From Eledone cirrhosa (Eukaryota), in assembly GCA_964016885.1 (NCBI GenBank), contig OZ024743.1:98146001-98210000 (forward strand): DNA of 64,000 nt, written 5' to 3'. Positions 13,990 to 28,773 of the stretch are shown piece by piece. Made by a program: the position numbers and the translations under genes. Numbering within the stretch: position 1 is the stretch's first letter; the number at the start of each line of letters is the position of its first letter. A model generated the notes under the pieces. That model worked only from the letters and a program-made list of their open reading frames with translations, had not been told where the DNA came from and did not search any database.

Positions 13990-16900
13990 TATTAGAATAA
14001 CAGATTAAAGTTTAAGCAAAGAATCGCTGCTTTAACCCTTAACGGGATCTTGTGAAACTAACAAAGTCAATCTGTAAACGCAGAAGTGGATATTTCAAAA
14101 AACGTTGCAACCGGAGGAAGACAGGAAGACGATACATTGGTTCGTGGAAACGTTCGCTGGCAAAGAACGAGAAAAAACGAATATAATACGTCATTAATAG
14201 GAGCGGTGAAAAACAATTACGCGCAAAGACAGAACCACGTTTATGGTATAAAAGAGGTCGTAGACTAATGTTTTCTTAGGTGGTTCATAGAGACGTTCTC
14301 TGGCAATGAACGGAAAAAAACGAAGATAATACGTCATATGTGGAGCGTGGAGAACAATAGCACGCAAAGACAAAACCACGTAAATGGTATAGCAGAAGTC
14401 GTAGACTAAAATTCTAACTAGGAGACCGAATGAATCTCCGCTACATAGTTAAAAACAAAGTAAATAAATACAATACAGAAGTAATAGAAATAAATAAATA
14501 CATACACGCAAACAAATACGTACATACACAAGCATACGCAAAACACTTACCATAGGTATACAAAACCACGCACATATAAATATGTGTGTGTGTGTATGCG
14601 TGTATACAAATAAACAAATAATTATATAAACGTATATAAATAAATAAATACGTGTATAACAAGCGCACACACATACCTACATGTAAATACACGAATGTTC
14701 GGAGACGTAAGTCAACCAAAACATGAAGTACACATATACACACACCCTACATACGTACGAACCAGCATACTCACACAGACGCAAAACTCCCGTATACACA
14801 AAGCCAAACCATATGTACCAGAATATATAAAATTATACGCCATAACATAAACAATCAAATATACGTACGAGAAAGTATACGTACCTTCACAAAACATACG
14901 GGTAATATATACTTACCTATGCAAATAAGTAATGGTATAAACAAAACATATGCTTAGCTCCCACATCAAGACGTAAAATATCCACGTATAGATCGTACTA
15001 TCCGTTAGGGTATAACGTGGAGCTGTAATACAGGAAGGTTTTGTGCAATTTATGTTTACAAGCCGAAATTGCCTCAGATTTTTTTGTTTAAGATGTGGTC
15101 TGTGGCGTAGAGTATTTCCAGGGCCTCAGCGGCGCAGAGGTCACATCGTCTTTTATTTCCGTTATACGATCTAGCCCTAGCTAGGATCTCCCAGTGTAAC
15201 TTATATTGGGTGTGGTTGTCTTTTAGACTCCAGATATAAGCTGAAAGTGACTTCATATTCCTTCTTAGAGGGTAACGAAAAGAATGGGTATGCATGTAAA
15301 GACGCTGCTTGAATCTATTGGCGGTTAACCCTATGTAGGCCCTACGGGACGTGGGTGTTACAACCTTACATTTGTAGACAATGTTACTAGAGAGGCATTT
15401 CCCGGATAGGGGGCAATCAATCCGATTCTTACAATTACAGTTAGTACTAACTACAGGGTTGCACGTGTTCCTACGGCTAGGTAGTTTAGCTAAATTTGAA
15501 GCCGTGATGTTATGTGCAAGGTTAGGAGTCGTAGAGTAAGAAATTTTAATAGTATTTCTATTAAAGATTTTACTATATTTATGTGTAGGGGAAAATGCTT
15601 CGTAATAAGGGAAAGAAAGATCTTAGCTAATGTTGTGGCCACCTCCATATTATATGGTGGGTTATACCAACAAATGCGACGGGATCTATTTCTTCTAGGT
15701 ATATGCTACCTTATCGACAAATCCACTTCGAGCAAGAGCTTCATTGTAATAAGTGGAATGGTCGTTGAAAATACGCTCGTTGGTGGAAAGACGGGAAAGC
15801 CTCAACGAAACGTTTCTTACCAGGTTCTTGGTTATGCTGGCTGGATGGTTGGAATGCTTACTTGTGTAATTAAGCGTATCATTCGGCTTACTATACGGGT
15901 AATACAACCCATTCAATAAATTGAGGGTAACGTCGAGGTAATTAACGACCGAGAGATTGGCCTCAACCTGTATAGAGAGGTTGAAGCCTTTAAAGAAGGC
16001 TGTGAGTTCTTTTCTGAACCTGTCGCAAGCACGAGGTCCGCACTTAGTCATGGTCAAAAGACCATCGTCACGGTACAAACCACCGCCCGCGTTGGGGAAT
16101 TCATCCTTGATAGAGAAAAGAAGGAAAAGGCCGATAAGATCAGTAACCTCCGCAGAATCACTGGCGCCCATACTCACGTCGAATGGGGTACTATTGGATA
16201 TTTTAATCCAAATAGATTCGTCTAAATTAATCACCGACTTTCGGGCATTGAGGATGACAACAAATTCGAAATCCTTAACCACTGTGAGTGTTTTAGCGAA
16301 ATTGATAGCTCTAAGGAGAAGTGGTAAAGTGATGGAGGAGTAGTAATTGTTGAATTGGATAAAACGGCAATGTTCCTTGTTACATATGCCGTTGAACCAA
16401 TCAATCACCGCGAAAGAATTGTTCCACAGTGCAAGAGGGACCAAACTTCTAATTTCAGGTATAATTCTATCAAGAATCGTTTTACTAAGTCTGCCTAAAT
16501 CAGACTCCGTAGGGTTAATAAGCCGAATAAAGGGGTTGTTCGGAAAATCGAATTTGTGATCCTTCAGGGTAAAGTGGGGAGAAATAGGGTCCAGAGGTTC
16601 GGTCCGGTCCAGGATGTTGAGATCAGATGTGATTTTAAACCCAGCATCGTTGTTTTCATTGATGACGCACCGATTAGTTTTACGGTAATCCTTAGTTACA
16701 GCATTATGTAGTAGTTGATGGTAACTACTGCGCTCCACTTGATATAGATTGCCAGTTTTGTCGGAATGGACGTGCACGGCATTAGAATCCTTAATAGAAC
16801 GAATTCTATTCTTCAGCTCTTGCTGGAAGGAATTGCTCCTATTCCGAAATTTGATACTCCGAATGAGTTCCAAGACATCATTTTCGAAGGGTAGCAATGT

Positions 16901-17158
16901 TGGGTTACACGGGGGTTATTATAGGTTTTAAATCCAAATTTATCCTGTTTGTTGTCTGCTTTTCGCGGATTATCGAAATAAAAGGCACGCCAACGCAACC
17001 TTTTCATGAACGCGTCTGTTTTCTGTATCAGGAGTTTTAGGTATGTTTTCCTGCTTGGTACGGGTATGTTCTTTGTAGAAATATTCAGATGTTGTTTCTG
17101 CATGATGAATATAAGTCAGTAGAGTGCTCAACCGAGGGAGCCAAATAGTAATAATAAT
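13990..17158 (-). mobile_element. Near full-length Penelope-like retroelement, Naiad type (RT + GIY-YIG), with disrupted ORF
   Basis: N-terminus STKNIPVP...KRLRWRAFYF (16813-17103). RT HSDKTGNLY...FDVSMG...LYRDDGL...YLDVTL...SNHP (15695-16897). Linker CNCKNRIDCPLSGKC (CxCx5Cx5C). Endonuclease IVYKC...AYIGLT..FKQR...CDLCAAE (about 15040-15440). Frameshift near 16900 and a stop near 15695. Confidence 0.92.
15695..16897 (-). pseudogene. Penelope-like reverse transcriptase (400-aa open segment)
   Basis: Motifs DKT, FDVSMG, YRDD, YLD and SNHP are present. Motif A reads FIQFNNYYSSI, apparently lacking the catalytic Asp. Confidence 0.9.
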
Positions 17159-17180
17159 TAGACATTCGTGTGATCAAGTA

Positions 17181-17247
17181 TATTTTATTATACATATTTC
17201 AGAGGTACTGAGCTATCTTCAACAGTACGTCCTCATCAGATAAAATA
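17181..17247 (-). ncRNA. Type I hammerhead ribozyme (pLTR)
   Basis: Exact reverse complement of the ribozyme at 20670-20736. Confidence 0.85.
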
Positions 17248-17970
17248 AGATGATGCATGACATACCCTGACTAAGTAGATGTTTAAAATTCAGTCATGGC
17301 AGTGAATAAGATATGACAAAACTCAATATTTATAAACCTTAAGATTGAGACATGACAAAATTATATATAATACAGAGGGTGCGTGTGAGAAAGCTTATAA
17401 AAGTACATAATAATAACCAGCTACTAATATAATAGAAATTTACATAACTGTTAGAGATTCAAATAATTTAAATTATTGAAGAAAGAAGAAAACAGACAGA
17501 GAAACAGATGAGGAAAAAGATAGTTACTAGAAGTATAGAAATATCTTATGCACTAAAGCAAAAGAAAATTGATTAAGGATAGAGAGACAAGGAAGAATGA
17601 TTGTTATAGTATAAAGCATAGGGAGGGAGATTTGTATTGTCGTGGATAAATAGCGTATAATTAGATGATGCAAAATATATATATAAATAAATAAATAAAT
17701 ATACATTTGGGCATAGCTTTGTGAATGAATAATTTCGAACCGTTGAATTATCTAGAAATAATCAATCAATCAAAATATCAAATATACCTGAGTGTAGTTA
17801 TATGAGGGTTTAATTTCGAGTCCTTAAGTTAATTAGAAATAGACTATTAATCAATTATATATATCCAAACGTCTCCGGATGACCGTTAAATTTAGAATCA
17901 TTTATGTTAGTTCAAAATAGTGAATTAATATAAAGGTATAATATTTCAGGCTATAAAATGTATAAGTATT

Positions 17971-19100
17971 TATATTATAGTATAATATCATATTTAAAGT
18001 ATTTGCAAACAGGAGAAAGAAGAGACTTAATATTTTCTTCATCCCGAAGGTAATCCATATTAAATTATATTAAAAAAAAAAAAATTATATTAAAAACATT
18101 TTATATTAAAGAGATTTTTTATTAAAAAATAATCATTATATAATTTAGAAAGTAATTACAATTATAACTTTAAAAATTTTAAATTAACAATTAGAATGCC
18201 CTAAAGTATCTAACGGCCTTATAATTATACTTAAAAAGGATATTATTAAACTAGATATACGCATTTGTCTAAATTTATACAAAGAGTATATTGTTTAAAG
18301 TTTAAGACGATATTAGTCAGTTATATATAATATAATATAATATAATATAATAAATAAGTTACTGTTAATATTGTTAAAAGTAAGGTTTTACGTCAATTAT
18401 TATATTAGGATGATGTAATACATATATACTATAAATATACAAATCAAACTTCATGAATCTTAAAGATGAGACACAGATTCAAAATAAATAAATAAATGGT
18501 TTGCGATCCTATAAGTGTCAAATATCTAAGCTATATAATTTTAAAATACAAGAAAATTTTTAAGGATCTATATTATAGTATAATATCATATTTAAAGTGT
18601 CTGCAAACATGAGAAAGAAAAGACTTAAGATTTCCATCAACCCGAAGGTAAACCAAATTTAATTATATTAAAAGAAAAATTAAATTAAAAAATAATCATT
18701 ATATAATTTAGAAAATATTTAACAATTATAACACTAAAATTCCCTTAAGTATCTAAGGCACTTATAAATGTACCTAGAAGGATGTTATTAAACTAGATAT
18801 ACACATGTGTCTAAATATATACAGAGTATTCTGTTTAAAACTTAAGACGATATTAGTGATTTATATACATATAATAAATAATAAATACAATTACTGTTAA
18901 TAATGTTATAATTGAAGTTTTACATCAAGTTAAGTGGAAAAGGTTTGTCGACTATGATCGTGTACGACACATATACCATAAATATATAAATCAAACATCT
19001 TGAATCTTAAAAACAACATCTTCAAAATAAATAAATGAATGGTCTACAATTCCTTATAACTGTTAACTATATAAGCTATATATTTTAAAAAATACAAAAA
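17971..19100. repeat. About 600-bp diverged tandem duplication in a Penelope-like 3' UTR
   Basis: TATATTATAGTATAATATCATATTTAAAGT starts at 17971 and 18571, with colinear similarity afterwards. Confidence 0.85.
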
Positions 19101-20669
19101 TCCCGACAAAATTAAATGTATTTACACAATCAAATGATATGCATATTCATCAAGAGATCATGTTAACAGTCTGTATGTTTATATATTTATATAGAAACCT
19201 TAATCTAACATTAATCATATCGTAAATGAATAAAAATTATTATAAGGTTTTATAATCTGTTATAGTATCATTTTACGCACTCAGTTGATAAGAAACATCA
19301 AAAAATTAGAACTTATTTACTCAGTTTTTTCCTGACTTTTTGCGAGGCTTGGAATGTAGAAGAAGCTTTATGTAGGCAATTTGAGAATAATTCACTTTTT
19401 TTGTTAATTAAATTTTCATAATTAGTAATTATTAATAGGGTCTCCATAGTACAAAGATTGCAGTTAGGTGATATTGAAGAATTCAAGTAGATTCGACTAT
19501 TACACAGCTTTGACCAAGAAATAGAGTATTTTAAATTTTTGTCTTTTAATGACCATTTGTGATAAAGAAGTCGAAGATTTCCTATTAGGATTCGAAAAAG
19601 AACATTTGTGATTCGAAAATCTTAATTTAAATGTCGATGAAGTTGCACCAATATAGTTGTATGTGATGTTATTTGCTTTTACGGTGCATTTATTGACCAG
19701 ATTGTTATCCAAACAATTAATTTGCAGAGGGCAATTTGATCTATTTCTACAATTACATTTCGATTTATTCTTATTACTATAAATTGGACAATTGACATTA
19801 ACATTGCTAGTACTTTGAAGTGTTCTATTGATAGTGCTTGGATTAATGTTATTGTTATTCCTAGTATTAATATTGCTAGTGTTATTGTATTCATTATCCC
19901 TAATTGTTTGTTGGTTATGATTTAGAATTCTACTATTTATTTTTGCAATGTTCTGGGTCCTATTCATAGTTGTAGAATAAGAAAGCTTAATTGTCTGTCT
20001 GTTAAATATGGAACGATATTTATGTTGGGTGGGGAAGCATTTATCTAAAGCTTTAAAGAATAGATTTGCGAGTGGTATTTTGATTGCTACAGATGCGGGA
20101 GGAGCAAACCATATAACTGATTTAGTTCTGATTTTTTGTCCCCGATTTATTCACGGTATTGGTGTTTGTATTATAATTTTTAGAATCTCTTTTATATATG
20201 TTAGTCTTATTTTTACCAGGTTTATAATTCAAATTATTATTATCTATATTATTTATAATCAATTTTCTTTATTATTTATTATCTATATTATTTACTATGC
20301 TTTATACTATAAAAATCATTCTTCCTTGTCTCTCTATCCTTAATCAATTTTCTTTTGCTTTAGTGCATAAGATATTTCTATACTTCTAGTAACTATCTTT
20401 TTCCTCATCTGTTTCTATGTCTGTCTTTCTTCTTTCTTCAATAATTTAAATTATTTGAATCTCTAACAGTTATGTAAATTTTTATTATATTAGTAGCTGG
20501 TTATTATTATGTATTTGTATAAGCTTTCTCACACGCACCCTCTGTATTATATATAATTTTGTCATGTCTCAATCTTAAGGTATATCAATATTGAGTTTTG
20601 TCATATCTTATTCACTGCCATGACTGAATTTTAACCATCTACTTAGTCAGGGTATAACATGCATCATCT

Positions 20670-20736
20670 TATTTTATCTGATGAGGACGTACTGTTGAAG
20701 ATAGCTCAGTACCTCTGAAATATGTATAATAAAATA
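20670..20736 (+). ncRNA. Type I hammerhead ribozyme (pLTR)
   Basis: TATTTTAT-CTGATGA-GGACGTACTG...CAGTACCTCT-GAAA-TATGTA-TA/ATAAAATA. Confidence 0.85.
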
Positions 20737-20794
20737 TACTTGATCACACGAATGTCTACTTTTGTTAATATTTTGAATTAATATATATATATAC

Positions 20795-20864
<70 letters not shown>

Positions 20865-20866
<2 letters not shown>

Positions 20867-21420
20867 AAAGGAATGCTTGAGTTTTGAACTCAATACACTT
20901 AATATAATTGCTCCTTAGGTTGAGCTGATAGTAGCCCCATATATACGGCTGTTATTTCTAGCAGTACGGGTATGAGGCTGGCTAGAAACTGTAAAACCAT
21001 GTGCGTTAAACAGACTTTTAAAATATTTAGAAGTGAAGCATATCAATTTGTTCTGGGTGTTTACTGATGAGAGCTGGACATTATTTATCTCGAAACATAT
21101 TTGGATTTTAAAGTTTGAACTTATCTACGGAACAGGTTTGATTTTGAAATTTAAATTTGTCTAAACACCATGGCCATTTGCCAATACTGTTTGTTTGTGT
21201 TGATTTATTATTTTAAATCGATATAGGCAGGCTGTAATATTATAATTAGTATATTTCATTCTAGCTAACTTAATTTCTTTTACAATATAAACACAGATAT
21301 GTTGGTATTTGTGTTTCATCATATATATTAATTTATATTTATTACACGGCTCAGAAATATTTTTTTCTTTGAGCTATTTCATAGTGAAGGAATGCTTGAG
21401 TTTTGAACAACTCAATACAC

Positions 21421-21428
<8 letters not shown>
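20865..21428 (+). mobile_element. Non-coding hammerhead-containing element (retrozyme-like) with about 40-bp terminal direct repeats, inside (TA)n
   Basis: AAGGAATGCTTGAGTTTTGAA(CAA)CTCAATACACTTAATATA at both ends (period 519 bp), no credible ORF, central hammerhead. Confidence 0.65.
21056..21169 (+). ncRNA. Type I hammerhead ribozyme with a long stem III
   Basis: GGTGTTTA-CTGATGA-GAG...CTC-GAAAC-ATATTTGGATTTTAAAG...TTTTGAAATTTAAATTT-GTC/TAAACACC. Perfect 8-bp stem I and GUC cleavage triplet at 21159-21161. Confidence 0.88.
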
Positions 21429-22186
<758 letters not shown>

Positions 22187-22290
22187 TATTGTTATACTTT
22201 GGGAGGGTCATGTTGCCAATAAGAAACACACGCACCAGTTGCTTTCACTTCAATTTATTATATATTTATATATATATAAATTTATAAATA

Positions 22291-23179
22291 TACTAGCAGA
22301 GGCACCCGGCGTTGCTCGGGTATTAAATAGCAGTTGTATATACCATTTATGTCAAAACTTCATTGCTGCTTCGAAAACTATACTTTTACAAAATCATCGG
22401 CTTTTTCCAAAAGGGGGTTACTGCCCCCAGGGGTCCCCTACTCAATATATGCCAATTCTGAGAGTTAGCATTCATCTGTAGAACAAACGTAGCCCATGTG
22501 TCAATTTTTGTGAAAATCGGTTGCGAACTCCAGAAGTTATGACGTTTTGTTGCATTGCACTGCAGTGCTTCAATCGACTCCAAGGAAGTGGTTAAAGGGG
22601 GGTTATCTGCCGGGAGGCCCTATAATCAATATCTGCAAAAATGAAAGTGCCCATGACCATCCAGAGTACAAATACACTTATATAATTTTTGCTTTTTTTT
22701 ACGAAATATTTGCTTGTTTTACGTAGTCTTTAAATAGACTTGTTTTCAAGTAAAAATATTGTTTTAAAAGGCTTTTAAATGGAAATGAAGCAAAACGGAA
22801 GCTTAGTGTTCGAACTGATGAATTTTGCAGGTCAAAATTTTGCTGGCTCGACAACTGTTCGTGTATTGTGTTAATGTCATTTTAAACGCTGAGAAAGCCA
22901 GCATAATTTTTTTAATTTTTGCACGCAGAAAATGTAAACAGAACGTAATAACTCGTCACTTACGCTCAAAAATCGATACATTAGATTCGATTTCGTCACA
23001 TAGGGTGGGTCAATTTGAAATATTTTTTTTCCGCTGTCTTCGCTAGGGCTCAATGTACAAGTATAGCAATTTCGGTGCAATTCCGTCAGAGATTCTAAGA
23101 GGAAATGTGTGCCAAAAATCGATAGACAGACAGACAACCACATAGACAGACAGACAACCTCAGTTTTATATATATAGAT
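22291..23179 (+). mobile_element. Non-autonomous Helitron/Helentron-related element (DINE-1/HINE/Lep1-like)
   Basis: Starts TACTAGC..CCCGGCGTTGCTCGGG (short hairpin), has (GACA)n near the other end and ends TTTTATATATATAGAT. No ORF. Confidence 0.7.
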
Positions 23180-23309
23180 AATAAATTGAAGTGAAAGCAA
23201 CCTGTGCGTGTGTTTCTTATTGGCAACATGACCCTCCCAAAGTATAACAATATCGGTTTCAACACACGATTTCAGATAAAGAATCTTGCTAAACAAATTC
23301 AGAAACGAA

Positions 23310-23406
<97 letters not shown>

Positions 23407-24258
23407 TATATATATATATATATGTATGTATATATATATATACATATATGTATATATATATATACATATATATATATACATATATATATATACACATACA
23501 TATATATATATACATATATACATATATACATATATATATATACATATATATATACATATATATATATACATATATATATATATGAGTGGAACAACAACAA
23601 CAACAACAACACCCAAACAAACAACACTGACCTAAGAGAAGTATAAATAAATAAGTAAATTAAATTAAATAAAAAAAAAAAAAAATTAAAAAAAAAAATA
23701 AAATAAGATAAATAAATACATACACAAGCACATAAACACACACTAGTCACCCAGCAGACACAACACTATACACACTAGTCACACATCACACATAACACTA
23801 TACACACACGCAAGCGCATGCGCAAAGAAGACAAAATAAAATAAGATAAACAAACAAGCAAATAAATAAATAAATATATAGACAGACTGAACAAAAAAAA
23901 AAAAAAATGGCGTAGACATACAACACAACAGGAGGAACAATGAATATAACACCACTGACGATGTTGCAGATGTGCAACGAAAGATTTATGTAAACTATAT
24001 ATATATGTGTTTGTCTATATTGTATCTGTATTATTTTTGACCGCCGGTCAGTCAATGGCAACATTGAGGACCGAGTAAGTTAGATCGCAGATATATATAT
24101 ATAAAAGACAGCGAGAAGCGAAAACCAACCAAACAGTGAGTGTGTTCTGTTATTAATTCTGGCAATATTACGCAAATATGACCCTCCCCAAATATAACAA
24201 TATCTGTTTCGACACACGATTTCATATAAAAAACCTCGCAAAACTAATTCATCGCCGC

Positions 24259-24306
<48 letters not shown>

Positions 24307-24415
24307 CATATATATACATATATATACATACATATATATATATACATACATACATATACATACATATATATATACATATATATATATACATATATATATA
24401 TACATATATATATAC

Positions 24416-24493
<78 letters not shown>

Positions 24494-24561
24494 ATATATA
24501 TGTACATATATATATACATATACACATATATATATACATATACATATATATATATACATAC

Positions 24562-24642
<81 letters not shown>

Positions 24643-24753
24643 CATATATATATACATATATATACATATACATATATATATACATATACATATATATACA
24701 TATATATATATATATACATATATATATACTAATATATATATATACATATATAC

Positions 24754-24784
<31 letters not shown>

Positions 24785-24883
24785 CATATATATATACATA
24801 TATACATGTACACATATATCTATACATATATATATATACACATATATATATACACATATATATATATACATATATATATACAC

Positions 24884-24916
<33 letters not shown>

Positions 24917-25263
24917 CATATATATATACACATATATATATATATATACATATACACACATATATATATACACACATATATATATACACATATATATATA
25001 TACATATATATATATACATATACATATATATATACATATATATATACATATACATATATATACATATATATATATATACATATATATACACATACATATA
25101 CGTACATATATATATATATACATATATATATACATATACATACATATATATACATACATATACATATATACTTACATATATACATATATATACATATACA
25201 TACATATATACATATACATATACATATATATTTATACACATATATATATATATATTTATACAC

Positions 25264-25294
<31 letters not shown>

Positions 25295-25668
25295 CACATA
25301 TATATATATACACATATATATATACATATAAATATATACATATATATATACATACACATATATATATACATATATACATACGAGTATTCTCTTACGTCTA
25401 TTTATATATTTTTTATTTATATATGTCTTACTTTATTTTTTTTTATTTATTTTTTTTTTTTTTACCTTTTCACGTGACCTGCTTACACATCTCATGAATA
25501 AAAATAAAATCTTTTTGTTTCTGAACACGAACAGCAGAGGTGTGCGTTTTCACTAATGGTTTAGCCTGCACATCAATATTTGCACACTGAAGCGATCGTA
25601 TAACAATGGGTTAGTTACTACCTCTCTAATTTCTTATTCTTTCATTTTTTTTTCATTATGTATATTTG

Positions 25669-25702
<34 letters not shown>

Positions 25703-25926
25703 TATACGCACGTATCTGTGTGTGTATATATGTATGTATATATGTATAAACGGACGTACCTATGTATGTATATATGTACGCACGTAAGTGTGTACGTGTC
25801 TATGTATGTATGTGTGTATGTATGTACACACTGCGTGTGTACATGAGTAGAAAGACTATTTAAAGTGTCGAGAATTAGACATACAGTGGAGGAAAAGAAG
25901 CGTTAAACAATCAGATATATAGAAGA

Positions 25927-26047
<121 letters not shown>

Positions 26048-26868
26048 TGTGTAAGAAAGCTAAACGCAAGGAATAGTTATTTATGGTGCAAGGGAGATAA
26101 CTTGAGAATCACTTCAATTTATTAATCATCAAAAAAAAAAAAAAATGCCACTGCCGTAGTTTTAATTCCCGTTGCACGTCATTTACGTCTGAATAATGTT
26201 TGAAAATGGTGACATTAACAACTCCCTATTTTGTGTAGCCATAAACTCTACAGTGAGGATGTCAATATATCTCAAACTATTGTGATATATTAGCAGATGT
26301 ACATTTTCTATAACCCCAGGTCAACATTCATCGCGCAGACCTATGTTCAACTGTGATTTATCTCGAATTTTGAATGTCAAGGAATACATCACGTCAATTG
26401 ATTTATCCTTCTTTAATGCTGTATAGTGTGATTTGGGGGAGATTTAGTCAATTTCCTCCTCCTTCACTCGTGCAGAAATACTGGAGATCGTTGGAATAAA
26501 ATGCTTTCCTAATGTTATTTTCAGTCGTCTTTCTTCTAAGTTCAATGTAATGTGGATATATTATAATCTATCTGTTAGATATGTTGTTAGCATTGTCAGG
26601 TTAAAAGCAGGACAAAACAAGTTAGAAATAACGGAGTGAAAACGAGAGTAAAGTAAGACAAACAAAACAACAGATGAGAATGTTTACCTTATAAGGAAGT
26701 GTGATAGTGAAGTGAGCTCTTCTATGTGGAGTTATTTTGCACTAACTGCTCACTCAAAACAAACAAAAATAAGTAAAAATTGCTCTCTGCCCCTAGTTGA
26801 CCTCTTTTCGAGCAGACATGATAAAAAGATGTCACTGTTGTCGTTTGATGAAATTACAAATATAAAAT

Positions 26869-27963
26869 ACCAGATAGAAAAATGCGTACAGCAAAAAAAA
26901 GTAATATTGTTGGAATATAAACCTTTAAAAATACAGGACAAGAAACTAAAATAAAACTTTAAAAGAATAGGACAAGAAACTAAGATAAAACTTTAAAAGA
27001 ATAGGACAAGAAACTAAGATAAAACTTTAAAGAATTGGACAAGAAATAAAAAATTTTACAATAATATTAGTGGTAAAATTTTTATTGGTAAAAAATCGAG
27101 TTCCACATTAATAGGCTCTGGGTTCCACATTCAGAGGTCGTCGTCAGACCGGGGGGATCATTTGATCCTGGTTTGAACACCAATTGGGCCATAACCATAC
27201 CCCTATTTCATCATTCGGCGACACACCTCATGTGTCATGCATAATGTGAATGGACCCATGGGCCCATGAGCACAGATCTTGAGCAGCAGCGGACGGTCTT
27301 GTCGTCCCGCTCATCCTTGATCTTGACCAACCCGTCCATCTTCTCCTTGCATCTTGTCCTTGAGTTCAAGTCCGGCAGTCCAGATGAATGCGTGCCACAG
27401 CTTTCTGGTACAGGAAGGGGGAGCAGGAAGACAGGAGGAATGACGGGACAGAGGGAGGGAGGACCGGTGGTTGAGGGAGGTGCCGTAGTCGGTGGTCAGA
27501 GTCGACATCTTGTCCCGGTCGTCTTCTCCATCTTCGTCTGGTGTTGCGGGACCAGAAGTGCATTCTTGGAGGAGACCTGCAGCTGCATCGGCCAATTCTT
27601 CTTGCAATGGTCATTCTGACGGAGCAGAACTGCTCAGCCAACCAACCCCAACCAGAACCAACCGCTCAGGGGCAACGCACAATGAGAGCATGACAATTAT
27701 TATGCACTAATCAAGGAGATACTGGGGCATGGCACAGGAAACGAATAAAAAAATTTTGCCACTAATATTATTGTAAAATTTTTTATTTCTTGTCCAATTC
27801 TTTAAAGTTTTATCTTAGTTTCTTGTCCTATTCTTTTAAAGTTTTATCTTAGTTTCTTGTCCTATTCTTTTAAAGTTTTATTTTAGTTTCTTGTCCTGTA
27901 TTTTTAAAGGTTTATATTCCAACAATATTACTTTTTTTTGCTGTACGCATTTTTCTATCTGGT
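26869..27963. mobile_element. Foldback / non-autonomous DNA transposon with about 218-bp TIRs containing internal tandem repeats, and a GC-rich interior
   Basis: ACCAGATAGAAAAATGCGTACAGC... (26869-27086) is the near-perfect reverse complement of 27744-27963. Each arm has 3-4 GGACAAGAAACTAAGATAAAACTTTAAAAGAATA-like units. TSD unclear (possibly TA). Confidence 0.85.
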
Positions 27964-28773
27964 CTACTATTTTTTAAGGCAATGCAAGCAACAACTATCT
28001 AATAATTAAATGATCATAGTGAATTACTGACAAGTGATTGACATTTTAAAGTTCTTTTGAGTATAATTGCAATCTAGTTGAGGCAATTGGCTTAATGACA
28101 AAGCTAGTAAATCATGAATGCATTTGAGATGATTAGTGCATAATAGTGAATTGGTGAAACTTGTGCATTTCAATGGTGTTACAACAATAGATGTAAGTTA
28201 TATAGTAGTAATACTTTATCATTTTAACTTTTTAGAATGGACAAAAACCCATGCAAAGAAATGACTTTGACTGCAGCGATTCTCTCCAATTTACTTACAA
28301 AGCAAAACGTGGTCAAATACCTTATCATCTCTGATAAAATGCCCATTGAATCACTGAAAATCGGATGCATGGAATTCCTCATATAATGCACCTATGAATC
28401 GGAAGCCATCACATATATCAATGGATATAGGGAGTTGTTCACACTGGAAGACCATCACTTCATTTGTGACTTCATCAGTTATCTCCACGATTATCTCAGA
28501 CACCCAATGCCATTGAGAGGTGATCCAATGTGTGAGCATGTAACTAATCTTATAGAAGTTGTTATCGACCACCTGGCTTTTAGTGACATTTGACTGATTT
28601 GACTGATAATGATGTATTTTTAAAAAGTATGTGTACATTCTTGTTACTATTTTATGGCAATGCAAGCAACAACTATTTAATAAAATTTAAATTTAAAAAT
28701 GATCATTGTGCATTACTAGTATGATGACATTTTATTAAGTCACAAAATTAGTCAGTCAGCCATAGAACAAGGA

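Larger units (their letters stand above)
17159..20758 (-). mobile_element. Second Naiad-family insertion with inverted pseudo-LTR arms (17159-17621 and 20295-20758)
   Basis: About 463-bp near-identical inverted arms, each with a hammerhead. Internal GIY-YIG fragment CNCRNRSNCPLQINC...YNYIGAT..FKLR (19330-20150) and a long AT-rich 3' UTR. Confidence 0.85.

Noticed and set aside
15040-15080. In-frame TGA near the end of the Naiad endonuclease as possible selenocysteine (Sec-encoding Naiads are known)
   Set aside because: It aligns with the conserved Glu (NxxxE), not a Cys, and is explained by compensating 1-nt indels. The linker Cys residues use TGT/TGC and I saw no SECIS.
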